Assembly: GCF_004010195.1 (NCBI RefSeq)
Contig: NC_057720.1
Location: forward strand, 9,071,646 to 9,135,645
Direction of reading: 5' to 3'
DNA length: 64,000 nucleotides
Source of the DNA: Chiloscyllium plagiosum
Lineage: Eukaryota
Below are positions 48,839 through 61,709 of this stretch, piece after piece (the stretch's first letter is position 1; each line of letters opens with the position of its first letter). Both the position numbers and the translations under genes were made by a program. The notes below the pieces were generated by a model. It worked only from the letters and a program-made list of their open reading frames with translations, had not been told where the DNA came from and searched no databases.

Positions 48839-50852
48839 TGGGAATTGAGGACTGGGAAGCTTTTAAAGAGCAACAGAGGATTACTAAGAAGGAAATACGC
48901 AGAGGAAAAATGAGGTACAAAGGTAAATTGGCCAGTAATATAAAGGAGGATAGTAAAAGCTTTTTTAGGTATGCGCAGGGCAAAAAAATGGCTAGGACTA
49001 AAATTGGGCCTTGAAGACAGAAACAGGGGAATATATTACGGGGAATAAAGAAATGGCAGAGGAATTAAATGGGTACTTCAGATCTGTGTTCACTGGGGAA
49101 GACACAAGCAATCTCCCAGAGGTAACAGTGGCTGAACGACCTGAACTTAAGGGAATTTATATTTGCCAGGATTTGGTGTTGGAGAGACTGTTACGTCTGA
49201 AGGTTGATAAGTCTCCGGGGCCTGATGGTACATCCCAGGGTGCTGAAGGAGGTGGCTCGGGAAATCGTGGCTGCGTTGGTGATTATTTTCCAGAGTTCGA
49301 TAGATTCGGGATCAGTTCCNNNNNNNNNNNNNNNNNNNNNNNNNNNNNNNNNNNNNNNNNNNNNNNNNNNNNNNNNNNNNNNNNNNNNNNNNNNNNNNNN
49401 NNNNNNNNNNNNNNNNNNNNNNNNNNNNNNNNNNNNNNNNNNNNNNNNNNNNNNNNNNNNNNNNNNNNNNNNNNNNNNNNNNNNNNNNNNNNNNNNNNNN
49501 NNNNNNNNNNNNNNNNNNNNNNNNNNNNNNNNNNNNNNNNNNNNNNNNNNNNNNNNNNNNNNNNNNNNNNNNNNNNNNNNNNNNNNNNNNNNNNNNNNNN
49601 NNNNNNNNNNNNNNNNNNNNNNNNNNNNNNNNNNNNNNNNNNNNNNNNNNNNNNNNNNNNNNNNNNNNNNNNNNNNNNNNNNNNNNNNNNNNNNNNNNNN
49701 NNNNNNNNNNNNNNNNNNNNNNNNNNNNNNNNNNNNNNNNNNNNNNNNNNNNNNNNNNNNNNNNNNNNNNNNNNNNNNNNNNNNNNNNNNNNNNNNNNNN
49801 NNNNNNNNNNNNNNNNNNNNNNNNNNNNNNNNNNNNNNNNNNNNNNNNNNNNNNNNNNNNNNNNNNNNNNNNNNNNNNNNNNNNNNNNNNNNNNNNNNNN
49901 NNNNNNNNNNNNNNNNNNNNNNNNNNNNNNNNNNNNNNNNNNNNNNNNNNNNNNNNNNNGAGGATGTTAGGAGATTACGGGGTGACCTGGACATGTTAGG
50001 TGAGTGGTCAGATGCATGGCAGATGCAGTTTAATGTGGATAAATGTATGGTTATCCACTTTGGTAGCAAGAACGGGAAGGCAGACTACTACCTCAATGGA
50101 ATTAATTTATGTAAAGGGGCAGTACAGAGTGATCTGGGTGTTCTTGTACACCAGTCAATGAAGGCAAGCACTACAGCAGGTAGTGAAGAAGGCTAATAGC
50201 ATGCTGGCCTTCATAACAAGAGGGATTGAGTATAGAAGCAAAGAGGTCCTTCTGCAGCTGTACAGGGCCCTGGTGAGACCACACCTGGAGTATTGTGTGC
50301 AGTTCTGGTCTCCAAATTTGAGGACAGACATTCGGGCTATTGAGGGAGTGCTGCGTAGGTTCACGAGGTCAATTCCTGGAATGGTGGGATTACCTTACGC
50401 TGAAAGACTGGAGTGACTGGGCTTGTATACCCTTGAGTTTCGAAGACTGAGAGGGGATCTGATTGAGACATATAAGATGATTAAAGGATTGGACATTCTG
50501 GAGGCAGGAAACATGTTTCCGCTGATGGGTGAGTGCTGAACCAGAGGACACAGCTTAAAAATACGGGGTAGACCATTTAGGACAGAGCTCAGGAGGAACT
50601 TCTTCACCCAGAGAGTGGTGGCTGTGTGGAATGCTCTGCCTCAGAGGGCAGTGGAGGCCCAGTGTCTGGATTCATTTAAGAAAGAGTTGGATAGAGCTCT
50701 CAAAGATAGTGGAATCAAGGGTTATGGAGATAAGGCAGGAACAGGATACTGATTAGGAATGATCAGCCATGATCATGTTGAATGGCGGTGCAGGCTCGAA
50801 GGGCTGAATGGCCTACTCCTGCACCTGTTGTCTATTGTCTATTGTGTATTGT
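48839..50852 (+). mobile_element. CR1 LINE spanning the assembly gap
   Basis: LKVDKSPGPDG, RVLKEVAREIV and LYRALVRPHLEYCVQFWSP; (tctattg)n tail; TSD ctatac at 48833-48838 and 50853-50858. Confidence 0.93.
49320..49959. other. Assembly gap, 640 N
   Basis: Run of N. Confidence 1.
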
Positions 50853-51442
50853 CTATACACTCCACCCTCCTCGCCGACCTATCACTTTCATCCCCACTTC
50901 CATCCACCTATTCTACTCTCAGCTACCTTCCCACTAGCCCCACCCTTCACCCATTTATCTCTCCACCCCAGAGGCTCCATGCCTCATTCCTGGTGAAGGA
51001 CGTTTGCCCGAAACATCAATTTTCCTGCTCCTCGGATGCTGCCTGACCAGCTGTGCTTTTCCAGCACCACTCTAATCTTGATTCTGATCTCCAGCATCTT
51101 CAGTCCTCACTTTTGCCTATGTGACAAAACAATGTGCTTGGCTCTGAAGTGTCCTGGCAAGTTACTCAGTTCACAGACAATTAGGTTTGGCAACAAATGT
51201 TGACACACCTTATAAAGGAAATTTTTTTAAGATTTAAATTCATAGATTTTATTGCCATGTGTGCTCAAGCGCATACGTACAGGAGTACAATGAAAAGTGT
51301 ATCATGTTGCCCCATGGTACACTTAGTACCAAGGCACTAAGGAGAAAAAACAAGTTTAGCTTAAGTACTAAGGGATATGAGAGTTAAATGTTAAACATTC
51401 CTTCATAGAATAGCAGAAAAATAAGGAAACAGATGATAGCTG

Positions 51443-51800
51443 AGGGGAGGCAATGGTCGCGTGGTACTATTGCTGGACTGTTAATGCAGAGAACAAGATA
51501 TTGTTCTGGGTACCTGGATTCAAATCCCACCACAACAGATGATAAAATTTGAATTCAATACATATCTAGAGTTAACAGTCCACTGATGACCATAAATCCA
51601 TGACTGATTATTGGAAAAATTCATCTGGTCCAGTAATGCCTTTTTGGGAAGTAGGCCACCATTCTTACATGGTCTGGCCTATATGTGACTCCAGACCCAC
51701 AGCAATGTGGTTGATTCTTAATTGCCCTCTGGGCAATTAGGGATGGGCAATTAACTTTGCCTAGACAGTGATGCCCTCATCCTGTGAATGAATTTTAAGA
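51443..51800 (+). mobile_element. tRNA-derived SINE, family B
   Basis: Homologous to 15665-16010. Confidence 0.8.
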
Positions 51801-52031
51801 AAAACTTACATTAAATTCTTTTGTAGTTTACAATGGGAATTTAAAGGAATAAATGAAAAGTTCAACAGCTTTGATGGGTCCTCTGCTTATCTCATTCTGC
51901 TGTCTGTTCTCAACGAACCTGCTGCAGATACCCTCATTGCTGCTGGAACTGCCTCCCCTCCAATCTCCCACGGTGCCTCAGGAACATGCTTGGGAAAAAT
52001 CCACTCGCGTGCCGGCCCGAGACACCACCAT

Positions 52032-52412
52032 GAGCCACTGACAGACTGACCGACATATCTCCGAGAGACCAGGCTGGGAGCTGCCAAGAGACTAACAGAC
52101 ATATCACCAAGAGACTGACAAACGTATCGCCGAAAGTCTGACCAACATATCTCCGAGAGACCAGGCTGGGAGCTGCCGAGAGACTAACAGACATATCACC
52201 AAGAGACTGAACAACATATCACCGAAAGACTGACCAACACATTGTCGAGAGACTAGGCTGAGAGCTGCTGAGAGATTGACCAACATATCACCAAGAGACT
52301 GATCAACATATCCTCGAGAGACCAGGCTGAGAGCTGCCGAGAGACTAACGGATATATTGCCGAGAGACTGACCAACATATCGCCGAGAGAACAGGCTGGG
52401 AGCCGCTGAGAT
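52032..52412. repeat. 23-bp minisatellite with higher-order structure
   Basis: Units gagagaccaggctgggagctgcc and gagagactgaccaacatatcgcc; the first type occurs at 52063, 52155, 52247, 52316 and 52385. Confidence 0.93.
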
Positions 52413-52607
52413 ACCAGGAGTGTTGACTGACAGATCATACAAACCTAACTTCAATTTCCAAACTGTTTTTCATTTATCACAACTTTCTCTGTTCATGCCT
52501 TTCACCATTTCTGGCCAATTGATTATCTTGTAAGACTCCCTGTTGAGTGTAATCCTTGGTTTCAGTACTGTTTGTTTATCTTATTGCTGCCTGCTAGATT
52601 TAGCTCA

Positions 52608-52745
52608 GGGGCAAATTTGCTGCTGCCATTACAGATTTGGCATGGTGACTACACTTCGACAAGTCCTTCAGAGCCTGTGAAGTGCTTGAGGATGTTCTGA
52701 GGTAGGAAAAGGTGCTACAAGAATGCCAGTTAAATCTTTCTTTGT
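52608..52745 (+). mobile_element. DeuSINE-type 3' tail remnant
   Basis: gcaaatttgctgctgc...gtgactacactt...tgtgaagtgcttgagga...aaaggtgcta. Confidence 0.45.
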
Positions 52746-54705
52746 GCCAAATGTTTCCCCACTGTGCATTGGCAAAAATAAGATCACACAAGCTAAATGA
52801 AAATGAAGCTCCCACCCATTTCATCTCAGAATCTTCCAGGATATCTCCGTTGTCTCTTGTATACAGCAGCTGATGTCCTGAACCTCAATCCCCTAATCAT
52901 GGAGTTTTGACCCAATTATTCACTGCTTCATTTGTAGAGAACCTTTTGCCTCACACCTGCCTACTCTTGCTCCCTGCAGCCCCCAGGACTCCAGTGGGGC
53001 AGTCATAGTGTCACTACGTCGAGACCAGGAGACCTGGGTTGAAGCCCCACTTGCTCCAAAGGTGTGACATGATATCTGTGAAAGTTCTGGTTACAGAATA
53101 TCTGCTCCCTACAGCCCATTGCCCTCCTGACTTGCTACATCCAACACTTTTGAGTGCATTATCCTTTAAATGCCTTGCGTAAGGCCTCAGGTGGATACTT
53201 TCACCCCTCCTTCCTTGATATAACAACCTTCAGTAAGGAATAGGATTGTCAGAGGTGCAACGTTAAATTGCTTCTGTGATTTCTTAATTTAAACCATCCA
53301 ACCATACCTGAGTTGGACCAAATCACTAACCTTCAGGACGCCCCCTCTACCTTCCTGCTCGCTGATGACTATTTGCTTTCCAAACCAACAATGCCTCAAA
53401 TGTAACTGCCGAAATTAGCAGCAGCTGCAGCTGGCCTTTTGGATAGAAATTAGGCATCTTTGTGGTCAAATTGCTTCAGGCACTCACCCCTCCCTGGCTC
53501 TACCTTTTCCTTCATCCCTACAAATCTCTGAGATTTCTGCAATCCTCCAATTGTGATATCCGGCACATCACCAAATTTCCCCATGGTGCATTGGCAACCA
53601 GGCTTACTGGACCGTCTGAGCTGAAAACTCATCCCTATATCTCTCTCTACTCATCTTACATCCTCGAAACCTCCCTTTTCATCCAAGACTTTGCTCAACT
53701 GCCCATTCATCTGCTACAGTAATTTGTAAAGATCCCCATAAAGTCTATTTGCTTTTCAGAGAAAGGAATCCATGCAAAAAAACTAGAAATAAATCAATGA
53801 ATAAGTTTCATTTTTAAGAGTTTTGTCTGTAGGGAATCAATTAAATTCAACATAATTCAAACAATAATTTACAACTGAAGAATAGTTCAAACATCAAAAT
53901 CAATTTGACTTTAAACAGTCAATTGAAAAACACATTTCATACTGTCACCAGCTCTTGGCATGACTTCCCACACCATTGTGGCACAATATGCATTTTCATA
54001 GCCTTTTCAACTTGACCTCAGTTAAACAGGCTCTCTCACTTGTCACTGACACTCATTGACCCTTGGATCACATTGACTGAGGCCATATTTCATCCAACAT
54101 CTTGGGGTACAGTTAACACCAGCAAGACATACATACAACACTTCTGTCACCCAAGCTATGACAGTCCTCGTGTCACAGAATCCCCAGAGGCTCCTTTGCC
54201 ACACCATTAAACAGGGAGGTGGGATTTGGCTGAACTAAGACAGCAGAAATGGATGATGTTCAGTCCACAATCTGTTATTCCTTTCCTGTCTTCAGCTGTC
54301 TGCACTTTCCAACTGTATCATGCATACATAGTAACATAGACTATGCTCTATTGTTGGAGAATTTCTTCAATGGCAGGATTTCTTCAAAAACTACCAGAGA
54401 AAGCTGTCCTGTTTGGAGAGACACGTACTTGTTTATCTGTCATTCAAGTTCCCAGTGTTCTGAACTGCCAAGTGAGAAAATGCAGATACACTAACATTAG
54501 TTCTGGATTGACCCTCTGCTTCTTAGCTGTTGATATCAGTGGCAACCTCAAACTGAATGAGCTTTTCCGGGAAGCTGATGACGTCATAATGTAAAGTCCA
54601 CACACTTTTATTTGTCTTTATTTTGATTGTGGATCAATATGGAGAAAAGAATTACTTTAGATCAAGGACTGGGGAGAAAGTCACTGCACTTTTCAAAACA
54701 GTTAC

Positions 54706-54753
54706 CTGAGAGTCATTGTGAGTTGCGTTTACACTGTCATTTTGTACAAGCAA
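54706..54753 (-). CDS. Candidate 48-nt exon (LLVQNDSVNATHNDSQ)
   Basis: Minus strand catcttccatcttccccccag/TTG...TCTCAG/gtaact; phase 0-0; three N-X-S/T sequons. Confidence 0.3.
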
Positions 54754-54787
54754 CTGGGGGGAAGATGGAAGATGTTTGAGGGCAGTA

Positions 54788-55089
54788 GTGTGTGTGTGTG
54801 CGGGTGTATGTGTGTTTGTGAGTATGCTTCTCTGTGTGTGTGCATGTCCATGTGTGTATATGCGTGTCTGTGTTTGTGCTTTTATGTGTATCTGTGCACA
54901 TGTGTGTATGTGTGCATATATGTATGTGTGTGTGTGTTTGTGCATATATGTGTGTCTACGCATGCGTCTGTGTGTGTATATGTGTGTGCTTGCATATATG
55001 TGAATGTGTGTGCATGCGTGTGCGTGTGTCTGTGCATGCGTGTGTGTGCGCGTGTTTGTGTATGTGTGTGTGCACACGCGCGCTTGTGT
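54788..55089. repeat. Degenerate (TG)n microsatellite
   Basis: About 300 bp of alternating purine-pyrimidine sequence. Confidence 0.97.
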
Positions 55090-56733
55090 CAGAACCAGTT
55101 GTAGAGGCCAGGAGTCATTCAGATGACATCAACTCGCTGATTTGTTCCTGTACAGATGGACCCTTGTGTGTGAACAGTGCAGAGGTAGAACAGTTCCACA
55201 TTTTGCAAAACAGCCTCTCTCCTTCTCTTTCTTTATAGTAAAGTCAAAAAAAAGAAATGTAACTGTTCTCTCCCATTAATTGCTGTAAACTGTTGCCTCT
55301 AACTAGTGACTGAGAAACTGAACAATTAACATGTCACCCATTCAGCCACCTGACTTCCCTCTGTAGTGCACTCATCAAAGAACAGAAAGGAGATAGATAT
55401 AGAAGTTGGATATCAGAAGGACTTTGAAGATATAAAGGGGATGGTTCAAGCAAACAGGTGCTATTGAATTATATTTCTCTAACATTATTTCCTATACACA
55501 AACCCATTCTTGTTTGTCTAGGTTTGTCTGCATGTGTTTGTCAGGGTTTAAGAAGGGCTTAAGAGTTTCAGCTAGTAGGTTTATTGGTAAATGATACTTT
55601 TGTTTAACTGTGATCGAAGATAGTTTGTGTTAAATACAGAAATATAGTCAAAGTTTTCTGTTGACCCAAGTCCACCAAAAAGATATATTGGGGAAGTGGG
55701 GGTAGTAAGGACTGCAGATGCTGGAGGTCAGGGTTGACAAAATGTGGAGCTGGAATGGCACAGCAGGTCAGGCAGCAGGAGAGTTGACGTGTCAGGTCGG
55801 AACTCTTCATCAGGACTGTTGTCTTATTGGGGAACTTTGTGTAATTTGCTTAAGTCATTAACTTTTGCAATGAGCACAGGAGTAGTGGGACTTAGGAATC
55901 AGTGCACTTTCCAAAGTGGGTCGTGATAATAATCAGGAATCTGATTTACTCTGTAACAGAATACAACTCAGTTCACTCTGATCTTAAAGAGACATCAGAA
56001 TAAAAAGAAAACACGAGCTCTTCCTGGGCATGGGTCATCAGAAAAAGCACAATATAAATGTGGGTCATTGTAGATGGTGTCCTGTCTGAAGTCAATTGCT
56101 TTTTGTTAGGCGAATGTGTGTGGGATAGGGGATAAAATTTCAGTAGTGTGTCTGAACATTTCACTCACATCATGAATTCCTCGTAATGATAATTTTCCAT
56201 TGCACTCAAGAATGTTTCACTTCATTTGGAAGGATGGCATACATTCATTAGAATTTACAACATTGACTTTTAATAAAATTGAAGTACATCCAGAGTGTGA
56301 CAGCATCAATAATCTCAATTGAAATATTGCAATAGTTAAAGGCATAAATTAGGCTTTCAAGCATAATTTATTTGGCGTATTCTAATAACAACTTCCAGCT
56401 GTCAAGCCATCATAATGTCTTGTATCCGACGATACCAGATTGGCAGGTTATAAAAGTACAAGAGGATTAATGCCTAACGTCTGATTTACAAACCCCAGCT
56501 GCAATTCTTGAAGACTCCACTTAATCTATTAATTCCCTACCTTCAACCAAATTCCTCATTAATATTTACTGCACTCAACAAACAGATATTTGCAACTTTG
56601 GCCTTAATGGTTGCAGAATGGTTAAATGTTTAGATAACACTTTTGTAAGTGAGAAATGATGCCTCTGAATCAACCTAATGCACTTCAAAACTCAGTCATG
56701 GCCACCACTTTCAGGGAGCTGTGATGTGGAGGT

Positions 56734-56940
56734 TAAAAATCACACAACACCAAGTTATAGTCCAACAGGTTTATTTGGAAGCACTAGCTTTTGGAGCGCA
56801 GCTCCTTCACCAGGCAACCACCTGATGAAGGAGCAGTGCCCTGAAAGCCAGTGCTTCCAAATAAACCTATTGGACGATAACCTGGTGTTTTGTGATTTTT
56901 AACTTCGTACACCCCAGTCCAACAATGGCATCTCCAAATC
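56734..56940. mobile_element. Penelope-derived palindrome, third family, with hammerhead relics
   Basis: TSD gtgatgtggaggt at 56721-56733 and 56941-56953; cac-ctgatga-aggagcagtgccct-gaaa-gcca-gtg at 56819-56853. Confidence 0.8.
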
Positions 56941-57057
56941 GTGATGTGGAGGTACCAATGATAGACTGGGATGGACAGAGTCAGAAATCACATAACGCTG
57001 GGTTATAGTCCAATAGGTTTATTTGAAACTGCAAGGTTTCAGAGTCTCCGGAAGAGA

Positions 57058-57615
57058 CACAGATTCAACTCCTATCACGGCAGGTGGTGGAATTTGAATT
57101 CAATAAATAATCTGGAATTAAGGGTCTAATGATGGCTATTGTTGGAAAAATCTATCTGGATCACTAATGTCCTTTAGGGAAGGAGACTGTCGTCCTTCCC
57201 TGGTCTGGCCTACACATGACTCTAGACCCACAGTAATGTGGTTGATTCTTAACTGTCATCTGGGCAATTAGGGATGGACAATAAATGTTGGCCCAGCTAG
57301 ATAAACCCACATCTGATGAGTGATTTATAAAAAAAGTAGTCAAAATTAAATTCAATAGATAGCTCAAATTACAAGTCAAATACTGACCATGAAACCATTG
57401 TTGACTGTTTAGGAACAAAACCCATCTAATTCACTAGTGTCCTTTAGAGAAGGAAACTGCCATCCTTACCAGATCTGATCTACACATGACTCCAGACCCA
57501 CAGCGATGTTGTTGACTCTTAATTGCCCTCTGGGCAATTAGGGATGGACAATAAATGCTGGCCGGGCCTAGCCTGACTAGTGACGCCACCAGCCTGTTAA
57601 CGAATTTAAAAAAAA
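57058..57615 (+). mobile_element. Two tandem family B SINE copies
   Basis: Body and tail gggcaattagggatggacaataaatg occur twice (near 57262 and 57532). Confidence 0.8.
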
Positions 57616-57819
57616 TCCTTGCCTGTATGAGGGAAAGATGCTAATTATGACAGTCAAAGCGGGTAGATGGAGTTAAGATACTGTTTAACCACTATGAAGT
57701 TTAATATTTGAATATGTTCAAGGTGTCACCTATTCCAAAATGTCTACGTATCTGGCATGGTATTACATTGCAAGGATTTAGAAACTAGAGTCCACTGTGC
57801 CTTTTTGACAAGTGAAAAC

Positions 57820-58612
57820 ATAGAAGAATGGAGTTCAGTACAGATAAATGTGAGGTCTTTCATTTTGGAAAATCGGAGTTTCATGGTGAATGGTAGGGCC
57901 TTAAAGAGTGTAATGGAACAGAGGGACCTTGGGGTTCAGATGCATGGTTCTCTGAAAGTGGAGTCACAGGTAAACAGGACAGTGAAGAAGTTTTTTGGCA
58001 TACTAGCTTTCATCAGTCAGGGCATTGAGTAGAGAAGTTGGGAAGTTAATTTGCAGTTATACAGGACATTGGTGAGGACACACTTGGAGTATTGTGTTCA
58101 GTTTTGGTCACCTTGCTATAGGTAAGATGTTATTAAACTGGAAAGACTGCAGAGGAAATGTACAAGGATGTTTCCTGAACTCAATGGTCTGAGTTTTAGG
58201 GAGAGGTTGAACAAGCTAGGACTGTTCTCTTTAGAGCATAGGAATCTGAGGAGCGACCTTATACAGGTGTATAAGATCATGAGAGGCATGGAGAGGGTGA
58301 ATGCCAGGGTTGGAGAATTGAGGACCAGAGGGTATCAGTTTAAGGTTAGAGGGGAAAGAATAAAAGGGAACCTGAGGGGAAACTTTTTTTACACAGAGGA
58401 TCATATGCATATGGAATGAGCCAGTGGAAGTGGTTGAAGTGGGTACAGTGGCAACGTTTAAAAAGGCATTTGGACCAATGCATGAATAGGAAAGGATTAG
58501 AAGGACGTGGGCCAAGTGCAGGGAAATGGGACTAGCGTTGACAGACATATTGGTCAGCATGGACCAGTTTGGGCCCGAGGGCCTGCCTCTGTGCTGTAGG
58601 ACTCTGAGTCTG
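57820..58612 (+). mobile_element. CR1 LINE 3' fragment
   Basis: EQRDLGVQMHGSLKVESQV and RERLNKLGLFSLE. Confidence 0.9.
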
Positions 58613-59849
58613 TGGCCATGAGTCCAAATTAGCAGCTGCCTTAAGAGAACATCCACAGATATGAATTGGAAGTAGGAAGAGGCCCCCCAGATCCTCTAAT
58701 CTGTTTCACTGTTCAATAAGATTATGGTTGGTCTGATTGTGGCTTCAAACCTTCAACACCCTCCTTATTCAAGAATCTATCTGCCTCAGCCTTAAAAATA
58801 TGCAAGGATCCCATCTCCATTGCTTTCTGGTAAAGAGAGTTCCACAGACTCATGACACTCTGAGAGAAAAGATTTCTCCTCATCTCTGTCCTATGTAGGT
58901 GAACTTTTACATTCAAACGATTTGAATCTTTCTCTCAAGGATAAGCATCCTATCAGCATCCATCCTGTCAAAGGCCCTCAACATCTCATATGCCTCAATA
59001 AGGTTATCTATAGACAAAAACAAACTGCAGATGCTGGAATCCAAAGTCGAGAAACAGGAGGCTGGAAGAATACAGCAAGCCAGACAGCATCAGGAGTTGG
59101 AAAAGTCAACAATTATGTTGTCTCTCATTCTTCTAAATCCAATGGATGCAGGTCCTGCCTGCTTGACATTTCTTCAGAAGATAGATGAGTCTTCATTAAC
59201 TGTATTGCAAATTGGGAGAGCAATCTGAGCCACATTGGATCACACTGCTCCCGTGTATATCTAAGACTCTCACCTGGAGTAGTTGAAAGTTCATTATAAC
59301 AGTTAAATAAAGGGTCAGGGCGGTTGTAAGATTCTGAACGAAAACAGAAATTGTTGAAAAAACTCAGTAGTTCTGGCAGTGCCTGTGAAGAGAAAGCAGA
59401 GTTAATGTTTTGGGTCCAGTGACCCAACCTCAGAAAGGGCTGAAAATTCTAAAAGGAAGTGTTCAAGCCTGTTCTGATTATTCTGGTCTCCACAAGGAGA
59501 GGGTGTAGGGCCACCAAGGGCGTAGAAACCTCCAGAATCATGAGTTCTGGGGGGGGGGGGGTAAAGTGGGCAAACTAATTGCACTGTAAAATGGATCAAC
59601 CAAAGCAGGGGAGGCTGATGAGGGGGGCACAAGGACAGCAGCGCAAAAGAGAATGTGAAAGTTGAGGGAACTTTGGTGTCTCACAGGTGAAGCCGACAGC
59701 TGGCTTGCACTTACCTGAGGATGGAACCATGCCAAAAGAGAAAATGCTGGAAACTCTCAGCAGGTCTGGCAGCATCTGTAAGGAGAGAAAAGAGCTGACG
59801 TTCAAGTCTAACTGACCCTTTGTCAAAGCTTTGTCTTCACTGAGTCAGA

Positions 59850-60270
59850 ACATAGAGTCATGGAGCTGTGCAGCAGGAAAGCAGACCCTTCGGTCCAACT
59901 CCTCCATGCCGACCAGATATCCTAACCTAATCTAGTCCCATATGCCAGGACTTAGCCCATATCCCTCTAAACCTTTCTCATTCATATACCCATCCAGATG
60001 CCTTTTAAATGTTATAATTGTGGTAGCCTCCACCACCTCCTCTGGCAGCTCATTCCATACACGTAGAAATATTGTCCCTTAGGTCCCTCTCACCTTAAAG
60101 TTGTGCCCTCTAGACTTGCACTCCCCTACAGACTCCCCTAGGGAAAAGACCTTGACTGTTCACCTTATCCATATCCCTCATGATTTTATAAACCTCTATA
60201 CGGTCACCCCTCAGCCTCCAATGCTCCCGGGAAGATAACCTCAGCCTATTCAGCCACTCCCTATACCTCA
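59850..60270 (-). mobile_element. HER1/CR1 3' fragment
   Basis: catagagtcat tail and antisense ORF end. Confidence 0.88.
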
Positions 60271-61037
60271 GATTCATGAATGCCACCCATCTGGGTTGTA
60301 ATGGCTTAAAAATGTGTTGCTGGAAAAGGGCAGCAGGTCAGGCAGCATCAAAGGAGAAGGAGAATCGACGTTTCGGGCATAAGCCCTAATGGCTGTAAGG
60401 TGAAAGGGCCTTTTGTTTATTTGAGCTATTCCTGTAGCTGATGAGAAAATTGGCCTGCGTTCAGCAAAGTCTTGGCAAAGATCAGGCTTGAAGTGCACTC
60501 CCAGTGTGGACAACTAGTTTGCCCTTGGAACTGCTGCCTAACATCTACGGATTTTCCCAATGACAGTTTTCCTGCTTAAGTAATGAAGTCCTGGTTTCTG
60601 CTCGCAATTTGCTGAGTGTATTAGACGGCTTTTGTTGACCTGGGAAGTAGTTACACGACGCCATGGGGAAGTGGTGAGAAGGGTGTGTCTAGGGAGGACT
60701 GCATTTAGAGCAGGAGGAACAGCAAGGAGAGCAGCCTGAAGAAAACAGTGACACTGGAGATTGTAGTCAGCGAATGCACTGAGACCAGACCCACAGCAGG
60801 TCTTCATTAACTTTGCTGAGGTAGCATATCTTCATCAAGAAGACTAGCTTTAAGTTGCCATAGCAATGGTCCCGTATCAAACAACCAGGTCATGTGCAGA
60901 ACTTTAATGGGATGGCAGGGGATAGAATCATTGGGAGACGCAATCCAGTTTTGTAAGCATGTCCTTCCATTCAATAAAAGTTTGTCTGCTCTGTGACCGA
61001 ACTCATTTATCCTTTGCTCAATATCCCTTAACATTTT

Positions 61038-61372
61038 TGAGAGTGGATGTGGAGAAGATGTTTCCACCAGTGGAAAACAGTAGGACCTGAGGGCACAGCC
61101 TCAGAGAAAGAGAATGATGTTTCAGAACTGAGATAAGGTGGAGTTTCTTCAACCAGAGGCTGGTGACTCTGTGGAACTCATTGCCACAGAGGGTTGTGGA
61201 GACCAAGTCACTAAGACAAAGATAGATAGGGTCTTGATCAGTAAAGGGATCAAGGGTTATGGGAAGAAGGCAGGAGAATAGGGTTGAGAAACATATCAGC
61301 CACGATTGAGTGGCAGAGTAGATTCGATGGGCTGAATGGTCTAATTCTGCTCCAATATTTTCTGGTCTTATG
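61038..61372 (+). mobile_element. CR1 3' fragment
   Basis: RVDVEKMFP...LWNSLPQRVVE; similar to 42250-42555. Confidence 0.85.
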
Positions 61373-61709
61373 GGTTAGTTAGCTGGATGGCTGGCTTCTG
61401 ATGCAAGAGCCAACAGATTGAATTCAAACCCTTCACTGGCTGATGTTTTCATGAAGGACTTGCCTTCTCACCTTTGCTGAGGCATAGTAGCCCTCTGGTT
61501 AAGCCACCACTAGTTGTCTCACTGTCTAATGACATGAATAGGATAATGGTGACTTCACATTTGGTGAACACAATTCTATCGATCCCAGTTTAATCTTGTC
61601 CAGGACCATACAGCTGTTGAGGTCAGAGTGGTGCCTTAATCTCATTTTGTCACAAACCCTTTCGAGATTGCAACAAGTAGCATGATGGACTGTATAATGG
61701 TAATGACCG

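Larger units (their letters stand above)
48548..51118. mobile_element. Penelope-derived element split by a CR1
   Basis: Inverted termini caagattagagtggtgctgg and ccagcaccactctaatcttg; hammerhead relic near 50990. Confidence 0.72.

Noticed and set aside
49011..50196. Three ORFs of about 300 aa
   Set aside because: They run through the N gap and their flanks are CR1 ORF2.
51887..52454. Repetitive ORFs (SVSLSAAPSLVSRRYVGQ)
   Set aside because: The 23-bp unit is not a multiple of three; these are frame-cycling minisatellite translations.
54652..55238. Cys/Val-rich and His/Thr-rich ORFs
   Set aside because: Translations of a TG microsatellite.
59705..59730. Strong minus-strand splice donor CAG/GTAAGT
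   Set aside because: The upstream sequence is a Penelope remnant and CR1, with no acceptor or coding context.
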